A DNA stretch of 64,000 nt from Candidatus Doudnabacteria bacterium (GCA_041497195.1 JBGQGB010000001.1:279376-343375); one strand, 5' to 3'; positions 28,727 to 39,282 are shown, counted from the first letter of the stretch. The notes: generated by a model not told the origin, from the sequence alone. Translations and numbers: made by a program.

Positions 28727-30007
28727 CTACATTTTCAAAACCCTTCCCAGCTCTTTCTGCTTCACCACCTCCTGCTTGCCCGTGCTCAAATTTTTCACGG
28801 TCGCTTCCTCTTTGGCCGCCTCATTCTGGCCGATCAACACCACAAACTTGATATTCTTCTTGTCCGCGTATTTGAGCTGCTTATCCAATTTCACCGATTC
28901 ATAATAAAACTCAGTCCTGATCCCTGCCAGGCGCAGCTGCCGCGTGACCGCAAGATACCGCTCTTCCAGCGCCTCGTCCAAATTGCAAACCAACACTTCA
29001 GAAGCAGCCCCTGCGCCGACCAGCTCCAACTCTTCGAGTACCGTCATGACGCGGTCAATCCCGAGCGAGCCGCCGACTGCCGGGATTTGTTTGCCGGCAA
29101 ACATGCCGATGAGCTGGTCGTAGCGGCCGCCACCAGCAATGCTCCCGAGCTCGGCCGCATCTGGTGCTGTGATCTCAAAAATCGTCCCTGTATAATAATC
29201 CAGGCCGCGGGCGAGGGTCAGGTCAACTTCATAATTTTTCACTTCCATATCCAGGAGAATTTCCACCAGCTCGGCCAATTCCCCGGCTCCCTTCACCTCT
29301 TCCAGTTTTTCTTCAATGTCAGAAGCATCCTCGAGACCTTGCCCCAGAAACTCAAACAATTTGTCAGCTTGTTTTTTTTGAACCCCGGCTGCAGCGAGTT
29401 CCCCGCGCACGCCGTCCTCGCCAATTTTTTGCAGTTTATCCAAGCTGCGGATGGCGGCCATGGTTTTTTTCGCCTCGATTCCTGAGGCTTTCATCAACCC
29501 GTCCAGCACTTTCCGATTGTTGACGCGGATGATGACATCTCGCAGGCCCAATTCGCTGAGCGCGGCATTGAGGCAAGCGATCACTTCCGCATCAGCAAAC
29601 AGCGACTCAGTCCCAACAATATCAATATCGCACTGGGTAATCTCGCGGTAGCGTCCCTTCTGGGGCCGGTCCGCCCGCCACACTGGCGCGATCTGGTAGC
29701 GTTTGAACGGCATGGCCAACTCATTTTGGTACTGCGCCACCACGCGCGCCAAAGGCACGGTGAGATCATATCTCATGGCCACATCTCGCTCCCCCTGGTC
29801 TTTGAACTGGTACATCAGCTTGTCCCCCTCATCCCCATACTTGCCGGCCAAAATTTCGCCATACTCCAGGGCCGGGGTTTCCAACGGCAAAAACCCGTAG
29901 CGTGCAAACACGCTGCGGACTCTGGCAAATACGTCGGCCCGGGCCGCTGCCTCCTCTGGCAAAAAATCCCGGAAACCTTTGAGGGGTTGGATATTGTCTT
30001 TGTTCAT
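28727..30007 (-). CDS. hisS: Histidyl-tRNA synthetase
   Basis: 426 aa; KGFRDFLPEE, class II motifs, GGGRYD (IAGGGRYDQLIGMFAG), C-terminal anticodon-binding domain. Confidence 0.9.
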   Translation of the reverse strand: MNKDNIQPLKGFRDFLPEEAAARADVFARVRSVFARYGFLPLETPALEYGEILAGKYGDEGDKLMYQFKDQGERDVAMRYDLTVPLARVVAQYQNELAMPFKRYQIAPVWRADRPQKGRYREITQCDIDIVGTESLFADAEVIACLNAALSELGLRDVIIRVNNRKVLDGLMKASGIEAKKTMAAIRSLDKLQKIGEDGVRGELAAAGVQKKQADKLFEFLGQGLEDASDIEEKLEEVKGAGELAELVEILLDMEVKNYEVDLTLARGLDYYTGTIFEITAPDAAELGSIAGGGRYDQLIGMFAGKQIPAVGGSLGIDRVMTVLEELELVGAGAASEVLVCNLDEALEERYLAVTRQLRLAGIRTEFYYESVKLDKQLKYADKKNIKFVVLIGQNEAAKEEATVKNLSTGKQEVVKQKELGRVLKM

Positions 30008-30082
30008 AGATTTAGAATAACATTTTTAATGATTTCGTTCGAATTAAGTAGGGCAAGACTCGGTAGAGTCTTGCCCTCAAGC

Positions 30083-31252
30083 TTACTTACACCCCCCTCT
30101 CGTCATGTCGCACATCCCGCACTCTGCGCACCCTGCTTGGTCAGTGCTCACGACATTATTGCGCAGCATGCATTCCCGTGCAAAATCGGTTATGGCCAAA
30201 AAGTCTTTCCAACCGTAAGACGCGCGGAACGAATAATTGGGCACGTCTTCAAAAAAACGACCAGCGATCGGGTTGACCACGACTCCAAGCTTGGTAATGA
30301 TTTCGATCCCCTGCTTTAGCGTGTTCAGCGGCTCCAAACCGCAAACAAAACAGGAACTGATCTTACCTTCACCAAAAATCTGGAGAGCTTTTTCGAAAGC
30401 CTGTAAGTACAGGTCTCGTGGGCATGCTTCATCTTTGCCTGGGATATATTTTTTACGAGCTGTTTCATCCCATGCTTCAAGATTCATCATAAGCGAATTA
30501 CAGCCCGACCCCTTTAGCATGTGGAGCCAAGACAAATCAGTGGGAGGGGTTATTTCTACAGCTACTCCAGCTGCATTTCCGAATCTTCCTCGAATGGCTG
30601 CCACGACAGGGCTAAGAATCTCCATTCCCCGGCCGGGATGAAACGTCATTCCCCCATTTAAAAGCACTTTCTGCCTCTGCTTCTCGGGAATCAGAGATAA
30701 AGCCTCGAGGATTTGGGTTTCTTTTTTGAGACGCAGCTCTTTTTTATCTGTGCTAAAACGCATGACGCAGAATTGACAGGCGTTTCCGGTATTAAAAAGT
30801 GCACAGTCTTCATATACTGAAGCGGCCACCTCCTCTCCATGAGCAACGAAAACTCTTTCAATGGGGGTCCCGTCGCGTAGAGTTTGCCCATACCATTCAG
30901 GGGTCGGCAAAAGAAGTCCCGAACCGATTATTTTTCCATTTTCAGAAAAATGGATCAGGGAATCTTCGTGCAAACTTAGGGAAATGGGCCGACTAACCAA
31001 TCCATAGATTGGAAAATTAACCGTCGTTCCCCCAACAAGGAGCTTAGCCTTGACGCCCGAGCTTAATCCACCGCGTTTTACCCGATACGGATTTTGCAGT
31101 TGCGCGATCCTGATCGAGGTTTGATTGGTGGCAACTGCTCCCTCACTCAGCAATCTCGCTTTCAAAATATGCTCTTCGGCTTTTGGGTCAAAAATTGGGA
31201 GTGAACTCATTTTTTCCTCCATTTGAAAAAAAATCGCCGACCTCTTGGGCAA
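30083..31252 (-). CDS. Hypothetical Cys-rich enzyme, possibly non-canonical radical-SAM-like
   Basis: 389 aa; CX8CX2C (DCALFNTGNACQFC), NGGM, C-terminal CAECGMCD; no confident family assignment. Confidence 0.25.
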   Translation of the reverse strand: MPKRSAIFFQMEEKMSSLPIFDPKAEEHILKARLLSEGAVATNQTSIRIAQLQNPYRVKRGGLSSGVKAKLLVGGTTVNFPIYGLVSRPISLSLHEDSLIHFSENGKIIGSGLLLPTPEWYGQTLRDGTPIERVFVAHGEEVAASVYEDCALFNTGNACQFCVMRFSTDKKELRLKKETQILEALSLIPEKQRQKVLLNGGMTFHPGRGMEILSPVVAAIRGRFGNAAGVAVEITPPTDLSWLHMLKGSGCNSLMMNLEAWDETARKKYIPGKDEACPRDLYLQAFEKALQIFGEGKISSCFVCGLEPLNTLKQGIEIITKLGVVVNPIAGRFFEDVPNYSFRASYGWKDFLAITDFARECMLRNNVVSTDQAGCAECGMCDMTRGGCK

Positions 31253-31425
31253 ACGAAAAACCCCTGCGCTTGCAGAGGTTCAGAAGATTCAGTATTAACT
31301 CAAAATACCAAACCTAATCAACCTCTCCAAGCGAGGGACTGATATGATGATGATATGTTTTTGCAAACAAATTCTGTATTGTCATGTTAACACGCTAATA
31401 TCAGCTCGTAAAAAAACTTCGTTAC

Positions 31426-31725
31426 TCATCTTCCGGCACGGTCCAGAGCGAGACGGTATCCCCCACGCCCGTGCTTGAGCCAATGCGCTACCCGAGTCAC
31501 CGTCGTGGTGCTCGCTTTGGCTTTGTCCGCCACTTCGAGATAAGATAGACCGCGATCAAGCATTTTGGCTATCTGAAAACGTTCTGCCATCTCTTCTATT
31601 TCGTGAAGGGTCAACACATCACGGAAAAAATCCTCGCAATCTTTTACAGTTTTGAGCTTCAAAACCGCTTGAAAAAGCTCTTTGGTGCTTTCATTTTCCC
31701 AGCCAGAAAGAGTGTCCTGTTGCAT
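31426..31725 (-). CDS. TrpR-like YerC/YecD-family DNA-binding protein
   Basis: 99 aa; ...HEIEEMAERFQIAKMLDRGLSYLEVADKAKASTTTVTRVAHWLKHG matches YerC/YecD signature. Confidence 0.7.
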   Translation of the reverse strand: MQQDTLSGWENESTKELFQAVLKLKTVKDCEDFFRDVLTLHEIEEMAERFQIAKMLDRGLSYLEVADKAKASTTTVTRVAHWLKHGRGGYRLALDRAGR

Positions 31726-31942
31726 ATAAAAGACGTTTATATTTTAGTACCATGTTACTATGTTAACACGCTACTTAACAATTGTCAAGACCAATTTGAC
31801 AGAATCCTCCGGCTTTGCTAATTTGCCCTTAGAAGCAAAAATATGCAGGGAAATCCGAAGACAACCGCAAAATTGCTACCCTAACGGGAAACCGCCAAAA
31901 GGCGGTATTTTTTTAAGCCCTTTTCAATCCTTAGGAGGACTG

Positions 31943-33139
31943 ATGAGTACTCAAGCAATTGCTCGTGGTGTCAACTCTATCGCTGAGCGAAACTTTGATG
32001 GGCCACAACAGCCTACTACTCCAGCAGAACTGAAAAAACCTGCGGCGGAAAAACTGAAGCACCTCATCTCTGCTGATCAATTTACGATCCCGCTCCTGGA
32101 AGAGCTGCACTTGCTCTCCAAAGCAATGGAAGAATTTTTGATGGACCTCCAGGCAGAACGAAACCAGCGAAAACCGGAGACTCGACTCGCCAAAGATCTC
32201 AAAACTCATCGCCAAATCAATATAGGCGGCTTTTTGGAAGAGCGTGGCGTCCGAGGCAAGGTGATGTACTCCTTTTTCTACGAGGAGTCTCTGCGCACTC
32301 GCATGGGATTCGAAACAGGCTGGGAGGATCTCGGCGGAAAGGTTTCTTTCAAAACGACTCAGTCAGGAAAAATCTCCAGCGTTTCGGAAAAAGGGGAAAG
32401 CCTGGAAGACGCTATTCAGGTGCTCTCCTGCAAATCGCCAAATGTCATTGTCTTACGCCATCCCGACGACGACTCAGCTGAACGAGCAGTCCGCGCGCTC
32501 GATGGGGGATCAACATGGGGGTCAACATCAATCATCAACGCTGGAAGTGGCAAAAACGAACACCCCACCCAAGCCTTCGGCGACTGGGATACTCTACGTA
32601 GACTTCTCGGGGAAGTAGACAAAATCAGAATCGGTTTTATGGGCGATCTCAAAAGAGGGCGCACTGTCACCTCGCTTAGTCTGCTACTCAGCCAATACCC
32701 AGGCGTTGAGATGTACTTCATCGCCCCGGAAGTCAATCAAATCTCCCCTGCTTTGCGACAAAAGCTCTGCCAACGAAATATCAAGATTCACGAAATTGAC
32801 ACTGGCTGGCGGCAGCTCCTCGAGAACAAATCTATCGACGTACTTTACCAGACTCGACTCCAGAAAGAAAGATTTGACCCAAACAACAAGCAAGAGCTCG
32901 AAGAAGCCATTCGCTTCCAAGCCCCCTTCACTATTACCCCGGAGATAGGCGAATTGATGAACGAAAACCACATTCTCCTGATGCACCCGCGTCCTATCTC
33001 TGACCTCAAGGAAATCCATCCGGCTTGCGATAAATACCGAATCGCCGCGTACAAAGTCACGCAGATCCAAGCCTGCATACTGGGCAGAATGGCTCTCTAC
33101 TCTAAAATGTTGGGCCCCAAAGGCACAGCCCTCGCTTGA
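31943..33139 (+). CDS. Aspartate/ornithine carbamoyltransferase-family protein with N-terminal extension
   Basis: Start at MSTQAI preceded by TTAGGAGGA; motifs ESLRTRMGFE (STRTR), INAGSGKNEHPTQAFGD (HPxQ), GDLKRGRTV, LLMHPRP (HCLP-like). Confidence 0.7.
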   Translation: MSTQAIARGVNSIAERNFDGPQQPTTPAELKKPAAEKLKHLISADQFTIPLLEELHLLSKAMEEFLMDLQAERNQRKPETRLAKDLKTHRQINIGGFLEERGVRGKVMYSFFYEESLRTRMGFETGWEDLGGKVSFKTTQSGKISSVSEKGESLEDAIQVLSCKSPNVIVLRHPDDDSAERAVRALDGGSTWGSTSIINAGSGKNEHPTQAFGDWDTLRRLLGEVDKIRIGFMGDLKRGRTVTSLSLLLSQYPGVEMYFIAPEVNQISPALRQKLCQRNIKIHEIDTGWRQLLENKSIDVLYQTRLQKERFDPNNKQELEEAIRFQAPFTITPEIGELMNENHILLMHPRPISDLKEIHPACDKYRIAAYKVTQIQACILGRMALYSKMLGPKGTALA

Positions 33140-33296
33140 GCAATTAGGCAACCCTTCGCCCCCGGCGACATCCACTGACTTTTCCCCAAAAAGTCAGCAT
33201 GTCTCCGGGGCTGTTTTTTTTGCAGACAAAATAAATAGGGCCGACTGTGCAGCGCACTGTCGACCCTTGTGAAAAACTGAGTGGATTGTCAGAGAG

Positions 33297-33845
33297 TTAT
33301 CTGTCTTTGATGTTATCGATAGCCTCTCGGAGTCGTGGCCGCTTGATAAGAATCAAGGCCACTGCGGCAACGACAGCGCAAATCAGTGCGTAAAAGAAAA
33401 TATCTGTATACGGTCGATAGAAGGCATTGTAACCATAAATCGCCACGATGCCGGCTCCAGCACTGACCCCGCAAAACGGAAAGACGCCTTCTGCAATTCG
33501 GGACACTCTCCGCGGCCCTAGGTGTATCAGGAGCGTGAATGCCAGCCCGATGCCTCCTGCTGTAAACAGAATCCAAAGTGGCAGTTTTTTCGTTTGCACG
33601 AGGGCGAACATCGCGCCCAGGATCAGCGCTCCGTCGCTCCCGGGATCAAAGAAATACTTGCCGACCTTGGAACGGGCATTAAGCCAGCCGGCGACTAGCC
33701 CGTCCAACGCGTCCGTGATACCGCCAGCCAGCAGCAGCCAAAACGCTACCCCCCATGAATGGTGAAGGGTGAAATAATACAGCGCTGGGGCAATCACTAT
33801 TCCGCGCGTAGTCGAAATCAAATTCGGAATCCACTTTTTTATCAT
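33297..33845 (-). CDS. CDP-alcohol phosphatidyltransferase family protein
   Basis: 182 aa; DALDGLVAGWLNARSKVGKYFFDPGSDGALI = D-x2-DG-x2-AR...G-x3-D-x3-D motif. Confidence 0.8.
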   Translation of the reverse strand: MIKKWIPNLISTTRGIVIAPALYYFTLHHSWGVAFWLLLAGGITDALDGLVAGWLNARSKVGKYFFDPGSDGALILGAMFALVQTKKLPLWILFTAGGIGLAFTLLIHLGPRRVSRIAEGVFPFCGVSAGAGIVAIYGYNAFYRPYTDIFFYALICAVVAAVALILIKRPRLREAIDNIKDR

Positions 33846-33989
33846 TTGTCTCCCCCTTCTATTTCAAACACCCAATCTTACCATGCTTCGGCGGCCGAGT
33901 CAATCACCCGTATTCGTGCATTAAAAAACCTGTTTCGACGAATCGGAACTGGTTTTAAAATGGCTGATCAATTCGTTTCAAATTTCAGT

Positions 33990-34496
33990 CTATGACACTT
34001 TTGCAAAAATTCCTCTCTTTAGCCACAGACTGACAAGTTCATAAGTGCCAAAGAGGACGCCAGAGTAAAATAGATCCCCCAAGAAAGTCCCGCGGAAAAA
34101 CGGCAAGCCGTTGAAGTATGACTCCAGCAGTCCCGCGGCCGTGTGCTGGTACATGGTCCCAAAGGCCCAGACCGCCGCGTTGGTCACCAAAAAAAACAGA
34201 ACCGAACCAAGCATAGTGGCCCCGACAACGCGGCCGAAACTTTTGTCCCTGCGCAGCCACAGTCCCAATAGGCCGGAGACGACAAAACTCAGATACACTG
34301 ACGCCATGACCGCCGGGCTATAAAATCCGATAAAGTAATCGGAAATAAACATGGCCACCAGCGGAATGATGACCGCCCACTTTTTGCCCAAGTACGTGCC
34401 GCCAAAAAGCGCCATCGCAGTGACGGGCGCGAAATTAGGCACGTGCGGCAGCAGACGCAGGAGCACTGCTGCCAAAATCAGAAACCAGGCAAGCAT
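33990..34496 (-). CDS. Polytopic membrane protein, possibly ECF-type S component for cobalamin (context-based)
   Basis: 168 aa, 5-6 TM; first gene of the B12 salvage/nrdJ cluster. Confidence 0.3.
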   Translation of the reverse strand: MLAWFLILAAVLLRLLPHVPNFAPVTAMALFGGTYLGKKWAVIIPLVAMFISDYFIGFYSPAVMASVYLSFVVSGLLGLWLRRDKSFGRVVGATMLGSVLFFLVTNAAVWAFGTMYQHTAAGLLESYFNGLPFFRGTFLGDLFYSGVLFGTYELVSLWLKRGIFAKVS

Positions 34497-34503
34497 TGGC
34501 TAT

Positions 34504-34953
34504 TCATTTGTTAATTTTGTCTATTTTCCATTCTACCACGTCGCCATCATGGAGCTGCAACTGATCAGCACCCACCTGCGAGGCTTGGCCATTGAGGTAG
34601 AGTTTCCAAAAATGCTGATTATCCGGCGTCACTCCGCCGATGCTCTCCACCAGCACGCCGAAACTGTATTGTTTGTAGCCGACCGACGGGTCCAAGGCTT
34701 TGAGAAGTTCAAATGCGTTGCGGCCGTCATGGCCATAGTATTTGACGTAGTCCGCGCTCAGGACCGGGGTACCGTCCGCGTTCTGGATCGTGGGAGTGCG
34801 GCCCAGCACCGGCGGCGGTGTGGATGATGCAGGCGCAGGCGATGGGCTCGGGGTGACTTTCAAAGTTTGGTAAGTGGCGCGGATGTAGAAACCGCCGAGG
34901 ACCAAAACCAAAACAATGAAGAGTAAAATAATGCCTTGGGTAAATCGCTTCAT
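34504..34953 (-). CDS. DUF4430-domain secreted protein (cobalamin-binding-associated family)
   Basis: 149 aa; signal anchor, PS-rich linker, C-terminal ...WKLYLNGQASQVGADQLQLHDGDVVEWK pattern typical of DUF4430. Confidence 0.5.
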   Translation of the reverse strand: MKRFTQGIILLFIVLVLVLGGFYIRATYQTLKVTPSPSPAPASSTPPPVLGRTPTIQNADGTPVLSADYVKYYGHDGRNAFELLKALDPSVGYKQYSFGVLVESIGGVTPDNQHFWKLYLNGQASQVGADQLQLHDGDVVEWKIDKINK

Positions 34954-34968
34954 ATGATAAGTTATTAA

Positions 34969-35484
34969 TTAAAAATCAATGCCCCGCTGGGCCAAAATGC
35001 CTTTGTAATATGGGTGCTTGATCATGTTCATTTCCGTCACCAGGTCGGCGGCGTCAATCAATTTTTTGATGCGTTTGTGCCCAGTCAGGCAGAGATGCAC
35101 TTTTTCCGGTTTGTCGCTGATGAGTTTCAGCAGATCGTCAGCAGTTATCAATTTCGCCTCAATCGCGGAGATGGCTTCGTCCAGAATGACCAAATTGTAC
35201 TTTTTTGATTGCAATGCTTGCCGGGAAAATTCGAGAGCCTTATGTGCGGCGTCTTTGTGTTCACTCAAAGCCTTTCTATCCCCCAAAATGCCCACAAACC
35301 CTTTGCCCATGATCTTGACTTCGACATTGGGTAGACTCTGCAAGATCTTGGTCTCTCCTGACGCCCACTCGCCTTTCACGAACTGCAGAAACAACACCTT
35401 AAATCCTGTCCCTGCTGCCCTGACTGCCAACCCGACTGCGGCCGAAGTCTTTCCCTTCCCATTGCCGATATAAATAATGGTCAT
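34969..35484 (-). CDS. btuR: ATP:cob(I)alamin adenosyltransferase (CobA/CobO/BtuR family)
   Basis: 171 aa; IIYIGNGKGKTSAAVGLAVRAAG P-loop, LVILDE, CLTGH motifs. Confidence 0.8.
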   Translation of the reverse strand: MTIIYIGNGKGKTSAAVGLAVRAAGTGFKVLFLQFVKGEWASGETKILQSLPNVEVKIMGKGFVGILGDRKALSEHKDAAHKALEFSRQALQSKKYNLVILDEAISAIEAKLITADDLLKLISDKPEKVHLCLTGHKRIKKLIDAADLVTEMNMIKHPYYKGILAQRGIDF

Positions 35485-35495
35485 GCCTGTAGTCC

Positions 35496-35966
35496 TTATA
35501 GAATCTGTAAAAGTTCTTTCAGTTCCCGAATAATATATTTCGGCTGGCCAGTCTCATCATTGGGCATCTCACTGGAAAATTTGCCTTTTTGGAGCCAAAT
35601 CGTTACGGAACCATTTCGGTTTCCCCATTTAATTCCTCTGATCACTCTGTCATCAATGATTGCGATTTTATTCGCAGGAACTTTAAAAGTTGAAACAATC
35701 TCCTCAAATAGCTCATCTTTATTTGTGTCCGTTACCATAGCTAGGTCAAATAACTCCCGGAGCGGTGATTTCTCAACCTGATTTTTTCTCTCTTCCAAAC
35801 CTGCATTCGCATGCTCTGTGACAAGCGACAAGGTTGCCAGTTTGTATCCTTTAGCCTTACAGTACTTTAAAACTTCCTCAGATTCGGGAAATTCTTTTTT
35901 AGCATCCGAATCAAAAAGCGTACGACCCCAATCAAAGATAATGGCTTTGATGTTCATAGCCAACAA
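35496..35966 (-). CDS. HAD-superfamily hydrolase
   Basis: 156 aa; N-terminal IIFDWGRTLFD (DxD motif I). Confidence 0.6.
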   Translation of the reverse strand: MLAMNIKAIIFDWGRTLFDSDAKKEFPESEEVLKYCKAKGYKLATLSLVTEHANAGLEERKNQVEKSPLRELFDLAMVTDTNKDELFEEIVSTFKVPANKIAIIDDRVIRGIKWGNRNGSVTIWLQKGKFSSEMPNDETGQPKYIIRELKELLQIL

Positions 35967-35994
35967 GCTACAAGCTAAAACCTACAGCCTGTCC

Positions 35995-38589
35995 CTACCC
36001 GCACTTACTAAACCCGCACATATCGCAAGTCATGCAGCCTTCTTTGAGAGTGAGGCTGGAGCCGCAGTCCGGACACGCTGGCGCGTAGCCGAGATTGGCA
36101 ATAGAGGGCTGTTTGGCTGCCACATATCCATTTGTCGTTTCACCAGAAGTTTCCGGCACTGCGCTATACAAAGTCTCAGCACTGGTGGCGATAATTTTTG
36201 GCGTCGGTCCGGCTCCTTTGGCCGCTGGCAGATTGAGCTCGGTTTGCCCCCGTTTGATATGGTTTTCCAAAACTTGGCCGATGGCGTCGGGCAGCGAATG
36301 AATCGTGCCGCCATTGCTAAACATTATATCAGGGCCTCTAATGCCTTTTAGCTGATCAATGATGTCTGGCAACGACACTCCGGAACGCAGCGCCAGGGAA
36401 ATCAGGCGGCAAATCGCCTCGGTCTGAGCTTGGAAAAATCCGCCCGCCTTGCCCAGCTGGGAAAAGACTTCAAACGCACCATGCTCGTCCTCATTGATGG
36501 TCACAAACAAATTGCCATACGAAGTCCGCACCCGATACGTGAGGCCGCGCATTACGTCTGGCCGTTCCCGCACAATGGCCTTGCGTGTGGCAGCATCGCT
36601 TGCTTGCAAATGGCCATTCATCACTTGAGCAGTCAAGACTTTGGCTGCCGCGTCTGCCACGGTTTCTACCAATTCTGCCTTGCCCTCGCTGGGGGGGGTA
36701 GTGTTCATCGCAGACATGGAGACATGCTCCATGCCTGGAGCGAGGCTTTTGGCTTTGTCCAAATTTTTGTTGAGATTGAGGACCTGCACCTCCCGGCTGC
36801 CGTCGCGGTAGAGAGTGCAGCCTTTGCACCCAAGCTTCCAAGCCAGGATATAACCGTTTTCAATGTCCTGAATAGTGGCTTCATTGGGAAAATTAATGGT
36901 TTTGGAAATGGAATTTTCCACGTACTTTTGGAAAGCGGCTTGGGCCCGGATATGATCAGGGGCCGCAATATCCATGGACACGCGGAACGTGTCTTTGAGA
37001 TCCTGCGGGATACCAGGAATATTTTGCAGGGAGCCTTCGAGGATGATCTTGTCCATCAGTTCCGTACTATAAATCCCGCGGTCGCGCAAGGCTTTCTCCA
37101 AATGTTGATTGACGTAGCGATAAGTATGGCCATCCTTGTCCTGCTTGGTAAACGACAAGGCAAAATTTGGCTCAATGCCCGAGGAAGTATCAAAGAACAT
37201 GGAAATCGAACCAGTCGGCGCCACGGTCGTGACCATGGTATTGCGCCGCTTCACCCCCTGGTCGTGCCAGGTCGACTCGGCCCACAAAGGAAACTCGCCC
37301 TTCTCCGCGGCCAAGGCTACCGACGTGTTGTGAGACTCGTCCTGAATCGTCCGCATGACCACTTCCGCGGTCGCAAATCCTTCCGCCGAATCATACCGAA
37401 TCCCCAGTTGATAGAGCATATCCGCGTAGCCCATCACGCCAAGACCCAAACGCCGGCTGTTTTTGGACATTTCCTGAACCTCTCTGACTGGGTAGTCAAA
37501 CAAATCAATCACATTGTCCAAGAACCGGGTCGACACCATGCTGGTGTGCTGGAGGGCAGCGAGATCCAACTGGCCGTTTTTCACGAAAGCGGCCAGGTTA
37601 ATGGAACCCAAATTGCAAACATCATACGGCGGCAAGCCCTGCTCGCCACATGGATTGGTCGCCTCAATAGGGGTCTTCGGCATCGTATTGTAGCGGTTGA
37701 AGGTGTCAAGGAAGATCACGCCTGGTTCGCCGTTGTGCCAAGCGTTTTGGACGATCTCGTTATAGAGCTCCTGGGCCGTCATATCAAGCTCTTCGATACT
37801 CACCACCACGCCGTGCCGATCCCTGGTAATCCGCCGCGGTTTCATCTTCTCGCCCTTGTACTGGCACAGCCACGGCTCGTTCGGGTGTTCGGTGACAGCG
37901 CGCATAAACTCATCAGTCATGCCCACGGAAATATTGAAATTGCGGATGTCCCCTTCCACCCGTTTGCAGTGGACGAAATCCAAAATATCCGGGTGATCAA
38001 CGGGCAAAATCGCCATGTTTGCCCCATGCCGACCCTGCTGTTTGATGACCCCGAAAGCCTGGTTGTAAACTTGCAAAAAGGAGACCGGGCCCGAGGCCAT
38101 GCCAGCCGAGGCTTTGACATACGTGCCGGCCGGGCGCAGCCGGCCAAAGGAAAATCCCAAACCAGAACCGGCTTTTTGCAAGAGAGCGGCGTCTTTGAGG
38201 GTCTTGAAAATTCCTTCCATGCTGTCCTCTACCGGCAAGACGATGCAGTTGGCCACCACTGGCGAGGGCGCGCCAGCATTGGTGATAGTGCGGCCGGCCG
38301 GAGTAAACTGTTTTTTGGCCAAAAGGTCAAAAAATTCCCGCTCCCATTTTTCTACTTCTCCTTCGGATTTGCCGTAATTTTTTTCCATTCCGGCCACCGC
38401 GTGGGCAATCCGGTGAATCATTTCCGCTGGCGTTTCCTGCGTCCCGTCGTCGCGTTTCACCAGATAACGCTTTTTCATCATCTTCAGAGCGTTTTCCGAA
38501 AATGACTGATTCACTCGCAGTGCTTCTTCGGGAGAAATAAATTTATGCGCTTGGATTTCGACCAATTGGGATTTCTTGCTTGCCCTCAT
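35995..38589 (-). CDS. nrdJ: Adenosylcobalamin-dependent (class II) ribonucleotide reductase
   Basis: 864 aa; active-site NPCGEQGLPPYDVCNLGS, C-terminal zinc ribbon CPDCGSS...CMTCDMCGFSKCG; co-localised with B12 adenosyltransferase and nrdR. Confidence 0.8.
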   Translation of the reverse strand: MRASKKSQLVEIQAHKFISPEEALRVNQSFSENALKMMKKRYLVKRDDGTQETPAEMIHRIAHAVAGMEKNYGKSEGEVEKWEREFFDLLAKKQFTPAGRTITNAGAPSPVVANCIVLPVEDSMEGIFKTLKDAALLQKAGSGLGFSFGRLRPAGTYVKASAGMASGPVSFLQVYNQAFGVIKQQGRHGANMAILPVDHPDILDFVHCKRVEGDIRNFNISVGMTDEFMRAVTEHPNEPWLCQYKGEKMKPRRITRDRHGVVVSIEELDMTAQELYNEIVQNAWHNGEPGVIFLDTFNRYNTMPKTPIEATNPCGEQGLPPYDVCNLGSINLAAFVKNGQLDLAALQHTSMVSTRFLDNVIDLFDYPVREVQEMSKNSRRLGLGVMGYADMLYQLGIRYDSAEGFATAEVVMRTIQDESHNTSVALAAEKGEFPLWAESTWHDQGVKRRNTMVTTVAPTGSISMFFDTSSGIEPNFALSFTKQDKDGHTYRYVNQHLEKALRDRGIYSTELMDKIILEGSLQNIPGIPQDLKDTFRVSMDIAAPDHIRAQAAFQKYVENSISKTINFPNEATIQDIENGYILAWKLGCKGCTLYRDGSREVQVLNLNKNLDKAKSLAPGMEHVSMSAMNTTPPSEGKAELVETVADAAAKVLTAQVMNGHLQASDAATRKAIVRERPDVMRGLTYRVRTSYGNLFVTINEDEHGAFEVFSQLGKAGGFFQAQTEAICRLISLALRSGVSLPDIIDQLKGIRGPDIMFSNGGTIHSLPDAIGQVLENHIKRGQTELNLPAAKGAGPTPKIIATSAETLYSAVPETSGETTNGYVAAKQPSIANLGYAPACPDCGSSLTLKEGCMTCDMCGFSKCG

Positions 38590-38673
38590 AGTGTTTTGCC
38601 TTTAATTATTTGATATTAAAGTTTTTGCAATTCTTTCTTTCCGCCGGAGGCGGATCTGCCTTGGACGGAAAAT

Positions 38674-39120
38674 TTATAACTTCTGAAGTTCTTTCTTGAA
38701 TTCCTCGATATCTTCAAACTGGCGGTAGACTGAAGCAAAACGGATATAGGCGACCGGGTCATACTTCTTGAGCTTTCTCACCACAATAGCTCCGATCTCT
38801 TTGGACTCAATCTTGTTGTCTTTCATTTTCTTCTGGATGTCCTGCTCGATTTCCGAAACCAACTGTTTGAAATCATCGCTGGTGACCGGCCGCTTTTCCA
38901 AAGCTTTGTGCAATCCCGCTTCCAATTTTTCCCGGGCGTACGCTTGCACCGAGCCGTCACGCTTGAGGACCTGCAGATCCAAAATTTCCACTTCTTCATA
39001 GGTGGAAAAACGGAACTGGCAGGATTCGCACTCTCGGCGCCGCCTGATAGACAAACCGTCCGAGGCAACTCGGGAATCAATGACTTTGGTATCATCGTGG
39101 CCGCAAGATGGACAGCGCAT
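38674..39120 (-). CDS. nrdR: Transcriptional repressor NrdR
   Basis: 148 aa; MRCPSCGHDDTKVIDSR zinc ribbon + ATP-cone. Confidence 0.9.
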   Translation of the reverse strand: MRCPSCGHDDTKVIDSRVASDGLSIRRRRECESCQFRFSTYEEVEILDLQVLKRDGSVQAYAREKLEAGLHKALEKRPVTSDDFKQLVSEIEQDIQKKMKDNKIESKEIGAIVVRKLKKYDPVAYIRFASVYRQFEDIEEFKKELQKL

Positions 39121-39282
39121 CGTCGTGGTTTTTAGGAATTAATTAGGCGGACAAAAAAACAGGCGTAGCAAGGAAACGCTTGAGGATGGACCTAATTAGG
39201 GAAAGGACAGCCTAAAAGCGTAAAAAACCGAGGGAATTTTGTTTTTGTCTCAAAGAGCTAGTGGTATGCTCTTGACCAAAAC

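Noticed and set aside
36430-38505. 691-aa plus-strand ORF
   Set aside because: Antisense to nrdJ across its whole length; Arg/His/Gly-rich low-complexity translation; the minus-strand gene has unmistakable RNR motifs.
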